From Escherichia coli (lineage in GTDB: Bacteria > Pseudomonadota > Gammaproteobacteria > Enterobacterales > Enterobacteriaceae), in assembly GCF_003790525.1 (NCBI RefSeq), contig NZ_CP033635.1: a DNA stretch of 64,000 bases, one strand, 5' to 3'. Below the pieces are notes generated by a model. That model did no database searches, was not told the origin of the DNA, and saw only the letters and a program-made list of their open reading frames with translations. Numbering within the stretch: position 1 is the first letter of the stretch; each line of letters starts with the position of its first letter. The position numbers were made by a program, and so were the translations under genes. Shown piece by piece: positions 1 through 10,914 of the stretch.

Positions 1-2226
1 GCCTTTTTTGATCCCGTCAGTCACCACCGCGCCTGTCAGAATCTGACCACGTTTGTTCCAGACACGCACCAGATCGCCATTCGCAATACCAAAGCGAGCA
101 GCATCTTCGGTGTGAATAGTGATCGGTTCACGATCGGCAACCGCATATTTTTTACGCAGTTCCGCATAGTTAAGCTGACTGTGTAAACGGTGTGCCGGAT
201 GCGCGGTCAAAAGCTGCAACTGCTTCTCATCGGCGGTACCTTTCCACTCATCAGGCGCAAGCCAGGTTGGGTGTGCCGGGCAATCTTTATAGCCAAATTT
301 TTCCAGCGTTTTGGAGTAAATCTCAATTTTGCCGCTTGGCGTACCCAGCGCATTTTTCACCGGATCGGCGCGGAAATCACCATAACGAACGTACTGTTCG
401 TTCTTCTCGCTGCGGCGCATTTCGATCAGTTTATTTTGCTGCCAGAAAGCATTAAACATCGGCATAGTCACGCGTTGCGCACGCGCACCTTTCTGAGCGG
501 CATCATAGAAAAATTTCAGCCACGCCATTTCATCTTTACCTTCGGTATAGATCTCTTTTCCGCCAGGTTTGAGTAATTCAGCAAGATCGGCAAACACATC
601 AAAATCGTTACGCGCTTCAAATTGCGGAGCCACAGCCTGCTTCATCGGCACAATATGCTGGTTGCTGTAATCACCGGTCATCGTTAAGTCATTTCGCTCA
701 AACGATGTGGTGATCGGTAATACGATATCTGCATGTTTAGCAGCTGCGGTCCAGTAGCATTCAGAAACGACGATCATCTCCGGTTTCTGCCATGCTTTAA
801 TCAGACGATTAGTATCCTGGTGATGGGTAAAGTTACCGCCACCCGCCCACCAGATCATTTTGATATTCGGATACGTTTGTTCTTTACCGTTATGCTGATA
901 TTTGCCGCCAGGATTTTCCAGCGCATCGACGATACGGGCAACAGGAATCGCCGTCATTCCGCCATCATCAGCGGCCTCGCTGGCCTGTCCGGCAATCGCC
1001 GCAGACATTTCCGGCAGCACGCCGCCAACACGCGTCGGGTTGCCACCATTGGAGTAATGATAAGAGAAACCAAAACCGCCGCCCGGTGTACCAATCTGCC
1101 CTAACATCGCCGCCAGCGTCACCAGCATCCAGTGTTTCTGTTCACCATATTGCTGGCGCTGAATTCCCCAGCCTGCCATCAGCATTGTGCGATTCGCCGC
1201 CATCAGTTCAGCGAGTTTGACTATCTGCGCTTCCGGTACGCCAGTAATTTCCGCCGCCCAGGCCGCGCTCTTCGGCGTATTATCGCTCTTACCTATCAGA
1301 TACTCTTCAAACTGCGGGTAGCCGGTGGTGTATTTTTCCAGGAAGGCCTTATCGTGCTTACCTTGTACCATCAAGGTGTGCGCAATCCCTAACATCAACG
1401 CCACGTCGGTACCCATATTTGGGGCGATCCAGGTGGCGTTATCGCCAAAGAACTCGATTGTTTCGGAACGGATAGGGTCGATGGCAATCACAGGTTTGCC
1501 CGATTTTTTCAGCTGATGGAAGTATTCCAGCCCTTGTTCATCGGTACTGCTCCAGGCAATTTTTAAGGTATTCAGCGGGTTCATCCCCCACAGCACCACA
1601 ACCTGGCTGTTTTCCAGAATCAGCGGCCAGGAGGTCTGCTGTTCATACACCTCTACAGAACCGACCACATGCGGCATGATCACCTGTGCTGCCCCGGTTG
1701 AATAATCGCCGCTATGCCCGGAATAACCGCCCGCCAGGTTCATATAACGTTGCAGTAAGGTTTGCGCTTTATGCAACACGCCAGAAGAGCGCCAGCCGTA
1801 AGATCCGGCAAAAATGGCCGATGGTCCGTTAGCTTTACGAATACGATCGTGTTGCTCATGAATCAGTTTTAATGCTTGCTCCCAGCTCACCTGTACATAG
1901 ATATCTTCGCCACGACCTTTCGCCGGTTGCAGTGGATTATCGAGATAGCTTTTTCTCACCATCGGATGCTGAATACGCGCCGTGGTGTGTACCTGATCCG
2001 CCGCCGTAGACTGTAAGGAGTTCGGTATGGTTTTCGCCAGCGCGCCTGTCGAAGAAACAATCTTGCCGTCCTTCACTTCTACGTTCATCGCTCCCCTACG
2101 GCCCGCGGTGAGAATTTTGCCGCCCTTCTCTTCTGCCCATGCAGGTAACGGTGCAGCCGATGTCACCACCAGCGCCCCTGCCGCAATACCGCTATGTTTA
2201 ATAAATTCACGTCTTGTTAATGTCAT
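1..2226 (-). CDS. torZ: TMAO/N-oxide reductase catalytic subunit TorZ (BisZ), 3' part truncated by window edge
   Basis: Reverse-strand translation from ATG at 2224-2226 gives [31 protein letters not shown] (Tat signal) then ...[40 protein letters not shown], matching TorZ; runs off window start so absent from ORF track. Confidence 0.85.
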   Translation of the reverse strand, partial: MTLTRREFIKHSGIAAGALVVTSAAPLPAWAEEKGGKILTAGRRGAMNVEVKDGKIVSSTGALAKTIPNSLQSTAADQVHTTARIQHPMVRKSYLDNPLQPAKGRGEDIYVQVSWEQALKLIHEQHDRIRKANGPSAIFAGSYGWRSSGVLHKAQTLLQRYMNLAGGYSGHSGDYSTGAAQVIMPHVVGSVEVYEQQTSWPLILENSQVVVLWGMNPLNTLKIAWSSTDEQGLEYFHQLKKSGKPVIAIDPIRSETIEFFGDNATWIAPNMGTDVALMLGIAHTLMVQGKHDKAFLEKYTTGYPQFEEYLIGKSDNTPKSAAWAAEITGVPEAQIVKLAELMAANRTMLMAGWGIQRQQYGEQKHWMLVTLAAMLGQIGTPGGGFGFSYHYSNGGNPTRVGGVLPEMSAAIAGQASEAADDGGMTAIPVARIVDALENPGGKYQHNGKEQTYPNIKMIWWAGGGNFTHHQDTNRLIKAWQKPEMIVVSECYWTAAAKHADIVLPITTSFERNDLTMTGDYSNQHIVPMKQAVAPQFEARNDFDVFADLAELLKPGGKEIYTEGKDEMAWLKFFYDAAQKGARAQRVTMPMFNAFWQQNKLIEMRRSEKNEQYVRYGDFRADPVKNALGTPSGKIEIYSKTLEKFGYKDCPAHPTWLAPDEWKGTADEKQLQLLTAHPAHRLHSQLNYAELRKKYAVADREPITIHTEDAARFGIANGDLVRVWNKRGQILTGAVVTDGIKKG

Positions 2227-2250
2227 AACTTCCTCCCTGATCAACGAGGA

Positions 2251-3351
2251 TCACTGTTTCTCGGTAATATCTTTGGCGTTGTACTGGAAGTACCGCGTCA
2301 AAATGTCCAGTTCGTTTTCGCTCATGCTGGTTCGCGCACCCATTCCTTTGGCAATGGACGGCCATGTATTGACGGTGTAATGGTCGGCGGCAATAGGGGC
2401 ATGGCAGCCAGCGCAATAGGTATCGTCAAGTTTTTCAGCGTATTGCCATAGCGGTTTACGGTCCGCTAATGCGGGATCGGTAAGCGCACCCTGTAAAGAC
2501 GCCTGACGCCATTGATTGCCGTATTCGTCAGCCTGCCATTCCCCGTTTACCGCTAGCGCCTTGATACCTTCTTCACTTAATGTGGCTAGCGCCAGCCGTT
2601 GACCTGCCGCCCGGTAGAGCGTGTTTTCACTGCCCTGCATTTGATAACCCTGCAACCGAACAATTGGCTGTTTGCCACTGGCATCAACGACGGTGAGATC
2701 GGTACCAGGAGTCACGGTAGCCAGTTCGCCTATGCGAGAAGTTTTGAAAGGATAAATATGTGCGCCATTAGTCACTGAAGTAGCGGCCTGACTTTCCAGC
2801 TCATGCGCCGCGTTGTCATCCATTTTTATTTCTGGCGGGAAATGGGCAATGCCTTTATGGCAATCGATACAAGTTTCGCCGTCCTTTTGCGCTTTATTAT
2901 GCATTTTCTGCGCAGATTCACTTTGCGAAGCAATATCCATGGCATCAAAAGAATGGCAACTACGGCAGGTTGCAGAGTCAGTTGCTTTTAATTCTTTCCA
3001 TACTGTTTCGGCCATTTCCTGGCGATGAGCTTCGAACTTATCGTCACTGTCTATTTTGCCGCTAACAAATTCATGATAAATATCTTTAGATGCTTTTAAT
3101 TTAGCAAATAAATAATCCATCCCTGACTTTGGAATATGGCAATCGGCACATTCCGCACGTATACCTTTCTGGTTCGAAAAGTGGGCAGTTCCCTGATATT
3201 CCTCAAAAGGTTTACTCATCGAGTGGCAGGAAAGACAAAATGCGGTATCCGACGTTTTATGTAAGGCTTTTTGCGCCAGCAATAACCCGCCGCCACCAAC
3301 CACAACCGCTATCAGCAAAAACAATAACCCAATGCGTTTTTTCCCTCGCAT
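2251..3351 (-). CDS. torY: pentahaem c-type cytochrome TorY (NapC/NirT family)
   Basis: 366-aa ORF with five CxxCH haem motifs (CLSCH, CADCH, CRSCH, CIDCH, CAGCH), immediately upstream of torZ. Confidence 0.9.
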   Translation of the reverse strand: MRGKKRIGLLFLLIAVVVGGGGLLLAQKALHKTSDTAFCLSCHSMSKPFEEYQGTAHFSNQKGIRAECADCHIPKSGMDYLFAKLKASKDIYHEFVSGKIDSDDKFEAHRQEMAETVWKELKATDSATCRSCHSFDAMDIASQSESAQKMHNKAQKDGETCIDCHKGIAHFPPEIKMDDNAAHELESQAATSVTNGAHIYPFKTSRIGELATVTPGTDLTVVDASGKQPIVRLQGYQMQGSENTLYRAAGQRLALATLSEEGIKALAVNGEWQADEYGNQWRQASLQGALTDPALADRKPLWQYAEKLDDTYCAGCHAPIAADHYTVNTWPSIAKGMGARTSMSENELDILTRYFQYNAKDITEKQ

Positions 3352-3659
3352 AGATTCCTCTAATTAAATTCCAGGACACCGACACCATTGTATAAATAAA
3401 TATACAACGAATTGACTACTTGCTTAATTCGGCACAACACTGCCTGAAATAATCGATAAAGAATATGATTTATTACAATGTAATCATTAATTGCTAAGGA
3501 ATAACCCAGTTGTTATTTAGAATATATATTTGTCAGTTTTGGCAATTTAAATCACATAATGAATGTGAATATATAAAATATTTTTAGCACAACGCTATGC
3601 GCACTGTCACCCGCTCAACAGATCACGGCAATCGTTCGTTTTTTATACTGCTCAGGGAT

Positions 3660-4494
<835 letters not shown>

Positions 4495-4498
4495 TTAG

Positions 4499-5065
4499 TT
4501 ACGCCGACTGCTCGCTGGCAACGATCTCTTCAATGGACCACGGATGAAACTTAATGGTTGTTTTACCATCGGTGACCGCCAGCGTCGGATTCGGTAATCG
4601 TTCATGCTCACCTTTTGGCGAACTGGTTTTAACTGAGATCCCCGGCAGGCTGAGTCCTTCATCAGAAAGCAATGCCAGCGCACGGGCATTCAGCGTTTCT
4701 GGATCACCCGGCAGAACGATTTCAATATGTTCCCAACCTTCGTGCGGGTAACGTTTTTCCCCAGGCCACGGTAGCTCCACAATGGAAAACTGCCAGTGAG
4801 CAACCTGTACCGGTTCATGCAATTTAAACAGACAAATCGGTCTGCCATTGATCATATTTTCTGACAAAAGCTCGCCGCACTGTTCAAACCCGCGACGCCA
4901 GCGCTCAGCGGTGGCGTTTTGATGGCAACGCAAGGAAATGTGATCGGCAGTCAGCGGAGTGATATCCAACCCCAGACGGCGGGAAAGTTCATCTAATGCG
5001 TGGGTAAATCGCGGTAAATCCGATGCAATATCCTGCAGCTCGTCGATAGATTGCCAGTTCGCCAT
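4499..5065 (-). CDS. yecM: YecM (VOC-fold protein of unknown function)
   Basis: ORF MANWQSIDELQDIASDLPRF...; K-12 start taken at MANWQ (188 aa). Confidence 0.9.
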   Translation of the reverse strand: MANWQSIDELQDIASDLPRFTHALDELSRRLGLDITPLTADHISLRCHQNATAERWRRGFEQCGELLSENMINGRPICLFKLHEPVQVAHWQFSIVELPWPGEKRYPHEGWEHIEIVLPGDPETLNARALALLSDEGLSLPGISVKTSSPKGEHERLPNPTLAVTDGKTTIKFHPWSIEEIVASEQSA

Positions 5066-5280
5066 AATCACTCTTCGTCTTCCAGTAAAAGCGTTAATTT
5101 ACCCTGTTGCCCTGCGCCAACCAACCGCTGATTTCACGCCGCTTCTGATGCAATAGTGAAAACGACAATACGCCACGCACACGTTGCTGACGAAAACAGC
5201 CATTTGCAGTATACTCCCGCCCTAATTTCTTTAACTGGTGCGGGCAAATTTTGCTCGCTTCATCAATGTAAGGTATTCCG

Positions 5281-7014
5281 GTGAATATTCAGGCTCTTCT
5301 CTCAGAAAAAGTCCGTCAGGCCATGATTGCGGCAGGCGCGCCTGCGGATTGCGAACCGCAGGTTCGTCAGTCAGCAAAAGTTCAGTTCGGCGACTATCAG
5401 GCTAACGGCATGATGGCAGTTGCTAAAAAACTGGGTATGGCACCGCGACAATTAGCAGAGCAGGTGCTGACTCATCTGGATCTTAACGGTATCGCCAGCA
5501 AAGTTGAGATCGCGGGTCCTGGCTTTATCAACATTTTCCTTGATCCGGCATTCCTGGCTGATCATGTTCAGCAGGCGCTGGCGTCCGATCGTCTCGGTGT
5601 TGCTACGCCAGAAAAACAGACCATTGTGGTTGACTACTCTGCGCCAAACGTGGCGAAAGAGATGCATGTCGGTCACCTGCGCTCTACCATTATTGGTGAC
5701 GCAGCAGTTCGTACTCTGGAGTTCCTCGGTCACAAAGTGATTCGCGCAAACCACGTCGGCGACTGGGGCACTCAGTTCGGTATGCTGATTGCGTGGCTGG
5801 AAAAGCAGCAGCAGGAAAACGCCGGTGAAATGGAGCTGGCTGACCTTGAAGGTTTCTACCGCGATGCGAAAAAGCATTACGACGAAGATGAAGAGTTTGC
5901 CGAGCGTGCACGTAACTACGTGGTAAAACTGCAAAGCGGTGACGAATATTTCCGCGAGATGTGGCGCAAACTGGTCGACATCACCATGACGCAGAACCAG
6001 ATCACCTACGATCGTCTCAACGTGACGCTGACCCGTGATGACGTGATGGGTGAAAGCCTCTACAACCCAATGCTGCCGGGTATCGTAGCGGACCTGAAAG
6101 CCAAAGGTCTGGCAGTAGAAAGTGAAGGCGCGACCGTCGTATTCCTTGATGAGTTCAAAAACAAGGAAGGCGAACCGATGGGCGTGATCATTCAGAAGAA
6201 AGATGGTGGCTATCTCTACACCACCACTGATATCGCCTGTGCGAAATATCGTTATGAAACACTGCATGCCGATCGCGTGCTGTATTACATCGACTCCCGT
6301 CAGCATCAACACCTGATGCAGGCGTGGGCTATCGTCCGCAAAGCAGGCTATGTACCGGAATCCGTACCGCTGGAACACCACATGTTCGGCATGATGCTGG
6401 GTAAAGACGGCAAACCGTTCAAAACCCGCGCGGGTGGTACAGTGAAACTGGCAGACCTGCTGGATGAAGCCCTGGAACGCGCACGCCGTCTGGTGGCAGA
6501 GAAGAACCCGGATATGCCAGCCGATGAGCTGGAAAAACTGGCTAATGCGGTTGGTATTGGTGCGGTTAAATACGCAGATCTCTCCAAAAACCGTACCACT
6601 GACTACATCTTCGACTGGGACAACATGCTGGCGTTTGAGGGTAATACCGCGCCATACATGCAGTATGCTTACACGCGTGTATTGTCCGTGTTCCGTAAAG
6701 CAGAAATTGACGAAGAGCAACTGGCTGCAGCTCCGGTAATCATCCGTGAAGATCGTGAAGCACAACTGGCAGCTCGCCTGCTGCAGTTTGAAGAAACCCT
6801 CACTGTGGTTGCCCGTGAAGGCACGCCGCATGTGATGTGTGCTTACCTGTACGATCTGGCCGGTCTGTTCTCTGGCTTCTACGAGCACTGCCCGATCCTC
6901 AGCGCAGAAAACGAAGAAGTGCGTAACAGCCGTCTGAAACTGGCACAACTGACGGCGAAGACGCTGAAACTGGGTCTGGATACGCTGGGTATTGAGACAG
7001 TAGAGCGTATGTAA
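5281..7014 (+). CDS. argS: arginine--tRNA ligase
   Basis: 577-aa [22 protein letters not shown]..., HVGH motif present; recognised as ArgS. Confidence 0.97.
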   Translation: MNIQALLSEKVRQAMIAAGAPADCEPQVRQSAKVQFGDYQANGMMAVAKKLGMAPRQLAEQVLTHLDLNGIASKVEIAGPGFINIFLDPAFLADHVQQALASDRLGVATPEKQTIVVDYSAPNVAKEMHVGHLRSTIIGDAAVRTLEFLGHKVIRANHVGDWGTQFGMLIAWLEKQQQENAGEMELADLEGFYRDAKKHYDEDEEFAERARNYVVKLQSGDEYFREMWRKLVDITMTQNQITYDRLNVTLTRDDVMGESLYNPMLPGIVADLKAKGLAVESEGATVVFLDEFKNKEGEPMGVIIQKKDGGYLYTTTDIACAKYRYETLHADRVLYYIDSRQHQHLMQAWAIVRKAGYVPESVPLEHHMFGMMLGKDGKPFKTRAGGTVKLADLLDEALERARRLVAEKNPDMPADELEKLANAVGIGAVKYADLSKNRTTDYIFDWDNMLAFEGNTAPYMQYAYTRVLSVFRKAEIDEEQLAAAPVIIREDREAQLAARLLQFEETLTVVAREGTPHVMCAYLYDLAGLFSGFYEHCPILSAENEEVRNSRLKLAQLTAKTLKLGLDTLGIETVERM

Positions 7015-7028
7015 TCGCGTTATACGGC

Positions 7029-7062
7029 AAAAGCCGATGTCATGGCAGACATCGGCTTTTTT
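7029..7062. terminator. bidirectional intrinsic terminator between argS and flhE
   Basis: Hairpin gccgatgtc-atggca-gacatcggc flanked by A-run and T-run. Confidence 0.75.
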
Positions 7063-7066
7063 ATCA

Positions 7067-7459
7067 TTAACGATAATTCACAATCACTTCATTCCGTTGT
7101 ACCTTTAGCGGCGGAATTAACCGCCCACCGCCAGGCACTTCCCAGATAAAGCGCAACGGTTCTGCCGCCGGTATACCGGAAAAGGCCACGGTGGTTCCGC
7201 TCTGCCCCTCTAATTCGACACAACGAGATTGTGAACACAAGCGAACCCGCAGCCCTACGGGAGTTGGGCCGATAAGCTGATAACGCCACGCCACCAGCGT
7301 CATCAATCCTGAAGCAGGTTGTCGAGTAGAAAGAGGCGCTGACGACATCGACTCACCACGGTGATTCAGCGTAACGCCCACACTACTCGCCTGCCACATC
7401 CCCTCTCCGGCGGCTTGCACCAGCAGCGGAAACAATAATATTGCTAATAAGGTTCTCAT
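7067..7459 (-). CDS. flhE: flagellar protein FlhE
   Basis: ORF MRTLLAILLFPLLVQAAGEGMWQ... recognised as FlhE. Confidence 0.93.
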   Translation of the reverse strand: MRTLLAILLFPLLVQAAGEGMWQASSVGVTLNHRGESMSSAPLSTRQPASGLMTLVAWRYQLIGPTPVGLRVRLCSQSRCVELEGQSGTTVAFSGIPAAEPLRFIWEVPGGGRLIPPLKVQRNEVIVNYR

Positions 7460-9537
7460 CATTTACCGCCAATTGTCGCCGTCATGCGGATATGTCGGTT
7501 ATCAGACAGTTCCAGATTCGACAGCACCACTAACTGCGGCAGACTGCGGCGCAGGAAGCGAGACAATAAAGGTCGCAGCGCGTGGTTCACCAATAAAACT
7601 GGCGGCGCACCCAACATCTCCTGACGGGATAGCGCTTCCTGAGTTTGCGCCAGTAAACGATCCGCCAGCCCTGGCTCCAGTCCGCCCCCGCCCTGCAGCG
7701 CCTGTAGTAACAAACGTTCCAGCGGTGTATCGAGGCCAATAACATGGACTTCATCTTTGCCAGGAAACCACTGCTGGGTAATCGCCCGTCCCAACGCCAC
7801 GCGCACGACGGCGGTTAATTCATGTGGATCGCTTTGGATGGGCGCATGTTCCGCCAGCGTTTCGAGAATAGTGCGCATATCGCGAATCGGTACTTTTTCA
7901 TCGAGCAGATTTTGCAGCACTTTATGCAGTGTGGTGAGCGTGACGACGCCAGGAACGAGATCTTCCGTCAGCTTTGGCATCTCCTGGGCGACGCGATCCA
8001 GCAGCTGTTGCGCCTCCTGACGACCAAACAGCTCTGCGGCATGCTGGCTAATGAGGTGGTTAAGATGCGTTGCCACCACCGTGCTGGCCTCAACCACGGT
8101 GTATCCCTGAATCTGCGCCTGTTCTTTAAGCGCACTTTCAATCCAGATAGCATTCAGGCCAAATGCCGGATCGACGGTCGCCTCACCAGGTAACGTCCCG
8201 GCAGCGGTACCAGGGTTAATCGCCAACCAACGCCCCGGATAAGCATCACCACTGCCTATCTCCACGCCTTTCATCAAAATGCGATAGCGGGCAGGTTGCA
8301 GATCCATATTGTCGCGAATGTGCACCACCGGCGGCAGAAACCCCATCTCCTGGGCAAATTTCTTGCGAATACTGCGTATACGGCCCAGCAACTCACCATC
8401 CTGCTGGAAATCGACCATCGGGATCAGGCGATAACCCACTTCCATTCCCAGAGAATCTTCCAGTTGTACATCGTTCCACGTCGCTTCGACAACGGTATTA
8501 TTCTCTGCCATTTTTACCGGTTTTGGTTCGGCAGGCGCTTTTTGTTCACGTCCACGGATCCACCAGGCCAGCCCCAGCAATCCGGCAGTGAACAGCAAAA
8601 ATACCAGGTTTGGCATTCCAGGCACCAGGCCGAGTAAACCGAGCACGGCGGCGCTTAACAACATAACGCTTGGGTTACTGAAAAGCTGATTCACCATCTG
8701 CTCGCCAACATCCTGATCGGTGCTGACACGCGTAACGATGACCCCCGCGGCGGTAGAAATCACCAACGCCGGAATTTGTGCCACCAGACCGTCGCCAATG
8801 GTCAATAGCGTATAACTTTCCGCCGCGTGTCCCATGCTCATGCCATGTTGCAGCACGCCGACCAGCAACCCGCCGACAACGTTAATGACCATGATGAGGA
8901 TCCCGGCGATGGCATCGCCGCGAACAAACTTACTTGCCCCATCCATTGAGCCGTAAAAATCGGCTTCCTGAGTCACTTCGGAGCGGCGTTTTTTCGCCTC
9001 ATCTTCACCAATCAATCCAGCGTTAAGGTCGGCGTCAATCGCCATCTGCTTACCCGGCATGCCATCGAGAACAAAGCGCGCACCCACTTCTGCGATACGC
9101 CCGGCACCTTTGGTAATGACCATAAAGTTGATGATCACGAGAATGACAAACACCACGATACCGATAGCGAAATTGCCACCAACGAGGAAGTGACCGAACG
9201 CTTCGACCACCTTTCCAGCCGCCGCCGCGCCGGTATGCCCTTCCATCAAAATGATACGGGTTGAAGCCACGTTAAGTGCCAGACGCAACAGCGTGGTAAA
9301 CAACAGGATGGTCGGAAACGCAGCAAACTCAAGCGTGCGCTGGGTAAACATCGCCACCAGCAACACCATGATCGACAAGGCAATATTGAAGGTAAACAGC
9401 AGGTCGAGTATGAATGCGGGCAGTGGCAGTACCATCATCGACAAGATCAACAGGATCAAAATCGGTCCGGCAAGGATCTGCCATTGTGTCGATTTCAGGT
9501 TTGCGGGCAGGCGCAGCATCGCGGCCAGATTACTCAT
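7459..9537 (-). CDS. flhA: flagellar export apparatus protein FlhA
   Basis: 692-aa ORF MSNLAAMLRLPANLKSTQWQILAGPILILL... Confidence 0.97.
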   Translation of the reverse strand: MSNLAAMLRLPANLKSTQWQILAGPILILLILSMMVLPLPAFILDLLFTFNIALSIMVLLVAMFTQRTLEFAAFPTILLFTTLLRLALNVASTRIILMEGHTGAAAAGKVVEAFGHFLVGGNFAIGIVVFVILVIINFMVITKGAGRIAEVGARFVLDGMPGKQMAIDADLNAGLIGEDEAKKRRSEVTQEADFYGSMDGASKFVRGDAIAGILIMVINVVGGLLVGVLQHGMSMGHAAESYTLLTIGDGLVAQIPALVISTAAGVIVTRVSTDQDVGEQMVNQLFSNPSVMLLSAAVLGLLGLVPGMPNLVFLLFTAGLLGLAWWIRGREQKAPAEPKPVKMAENNTVVEATWNDVQLEDSLGMEVGYRLIPMVDFQQDGELLGRIRSIRKKFAQEMGFLPPVVHIRDNMDLQPARYRILMKGVEIGSGDAYPGRWLAINPGTAAGTLPGEATVDPAFGLNAIWIESALKEQAQIQGYTVVEASTVVATHLNHLISQHAAELFGRQEAQQLLDRVAQEMPKLTEDLVPGVVTLTTLHKVLQNLLDEKVPIRDMRTILETLAEHAPIQSDPHELTAVVRVALGRAITQQWFPGKDEVHVIGLDTPLERLLLQALQGGGGLEPGLADRLLAQTQEALSRQEMLGAPPVLLVNHALRPLLSRFLRRSLPQLVVLSNLELSDNRHIRMTATIGGK

Positions 9538-10678
9538 GGGACGGTTTCTCGTTAATAAAATCCAGGGCTTCCGGCACCGGAAGATGAGTAGGTTGTACAG
9601 GGCGCTGTCCTCCAGCCAGACGCCAGCGTTTCAGTTGCCAGACCCAGGCCAGCACTTCCGCTACCGCGGCGTACAGTTGACCCGGGATTTGTTGACCGAT
9701 CTCCGCATGTCGATACAGCGCTCGCGCCAGCGGCGGCGCTTCAAGCGTAGGGACGTTATTTTCAGCACCAATTTCACGAATGCGCAGCGCGACCAGTCCT
9801 GCACCTTTAGCGACCACTTTCGGTGCGCTCATTTTGTTTTCGTCATACTGCAACGCTACCGAATAGTGGGTTGGGTTATTGACAATGACATCCGCTTTCG
9901 GCACATCGGCCATCATCCGACGCCGCGCGGCAGCTCGCTGCATCTGACGTATCCGCCCTTTAACATGGGGGTCGCCTTCGCTTTGTTTGAACTCATCACG
10001 AATATCCTGCCGCGACATTCGCAGCTTTTTCAGGTGGCTGAAGATTTGGAAAAAGACGTCAAATCCCACCATCGGAATAACACCAAGCACCACCAGCAGT
10101 GCGCATAGCCCTACCAGATCCATCGCATTACCCATGGCGGTAATCGGAGACTCGGCCATTAAGCGCATCATCTGCGGCCAGTGATGCCAGAGAAAAAACC
10201 CCGTCACGCTGCCAACCAGGATGGTTTTCAAAATTGCCTTAAGCAACTCCGCGCCAGTCTGTGCCGAGAACATCCGTTTAATGCCCGGTAGCGGGTTGAG
10301 TTTGGAAAACTTCGGCTGCAAGGATTTGCCGCTAAATACCAGCCCCCCCAGCATAACCGGAGAAATAATCGCCACCAGCACCACGCCGCTAATCAGCGGT
10401 AGCAGCGCCAGCATGGCTTCTCTGATCAGCAGAATAATCTGCCCGAGGATCAAATTCGGGTCATTGATAATACTGTGATCAAAATGCAGCCCAGCGGAGA
10501 GCATGCCCGACAATCGACGGGCCAGCGACACACCGCCAAACCAGATAACACACACGCCCACTAACAAAATCAGCAGCGAGGTCAGTTCACGGGAACGCGG
10601 GATTTGCCCCTCTTCCCGCGCTTTTTCTAGTCGGTGAGGTGTGGGGGCTTCTGTTTTGTCGTCGCTCTCGTCAGACAC
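9530..10678 (-). CDS. flhB: flagellar export apparatus switch protein FlhB
   Basis: 382-aa ORF with NPTH autocleavage motif (VIVNNPTHYSVAL). Confidence 0.97.
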   Translation of the reverse strand: MSDESDDKTEAPTPHRLEKAREEGQIPRSRELTSLLILLVGVCVIWFGGVSLARRLSGMLSAGLHFDHSIINDPNLILGQIILLIREAMLALLPLISGVVLVAIISPVMLGGLVFSGKSLQPKFSKLNPLPGIKRMFSAQTGAELLKAILKTILVGSVTGFFLWHHWPQMMRLMAESPITAMGNAMDLVGLCALLVVLGVIPMVGFDVFFQIFSHLKKLRMSRQDIRDEFKQSEGDPHVKGRIRQMQRAAARRRMMADVPKADVIVNNPTHYSVALQYDENKMSAPKVVAKGAGLVALRIREIGAENNVPTLEAPPLARALYRHAEIGQQIPGQLYAAVAEVLAWVWQLKRWRLAGGQRPVQPTHLPVPEALDFINEKPSHE

Positions 10679-10914
10679 GTCGCCAATCCTGGAAAGAGTA
10701 TTAAGCGTAAATGATGCCAGATCGCAAAGCGTTCAATGGTTTGAGTAAGGGGCAAAACAGGCGGGATTTAGGGCGTTTATGCAAAAAACAGGTTCAGTTG
10801 CAGAACGTTTTGCGAACCATTTTCCAGTTCTGATATTTAGCCATTTAGCCTATAGAATCGCCCACCGCCTCTCTGTTAGTTTGCTAATAATTAAATTATT
10901 ACAAAGGCGATCAA
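10679..10914. promoter_or_regulatory. divergent intergenic region: flhBAE class-2 promoter region (minus) and putative promoter of the inserted cassette (plus)
   Basis: 236-bp gap between divergent starts; candidate sigma70-like elements ttgcga (10810-10815) and tatagaat (10851-10858); RBS aagg 9-12 nt upstream of ATG 10915. Confidence 0.4.

Noticed and set aside
5452-6948. 498-aa ORF on the minus strand, antisense to argS
   Set aside because: Lies entirely within the well-supported argS coding region on the opposite strand; low-complexity translation with no recognisable domain; typical antisense artefact.
9251-10108. 285-aa plus-strand ORF spanning the flhA/flhB junction
   Set aside because: Antisense to two well-conserved flagellar export genes; no motifs.
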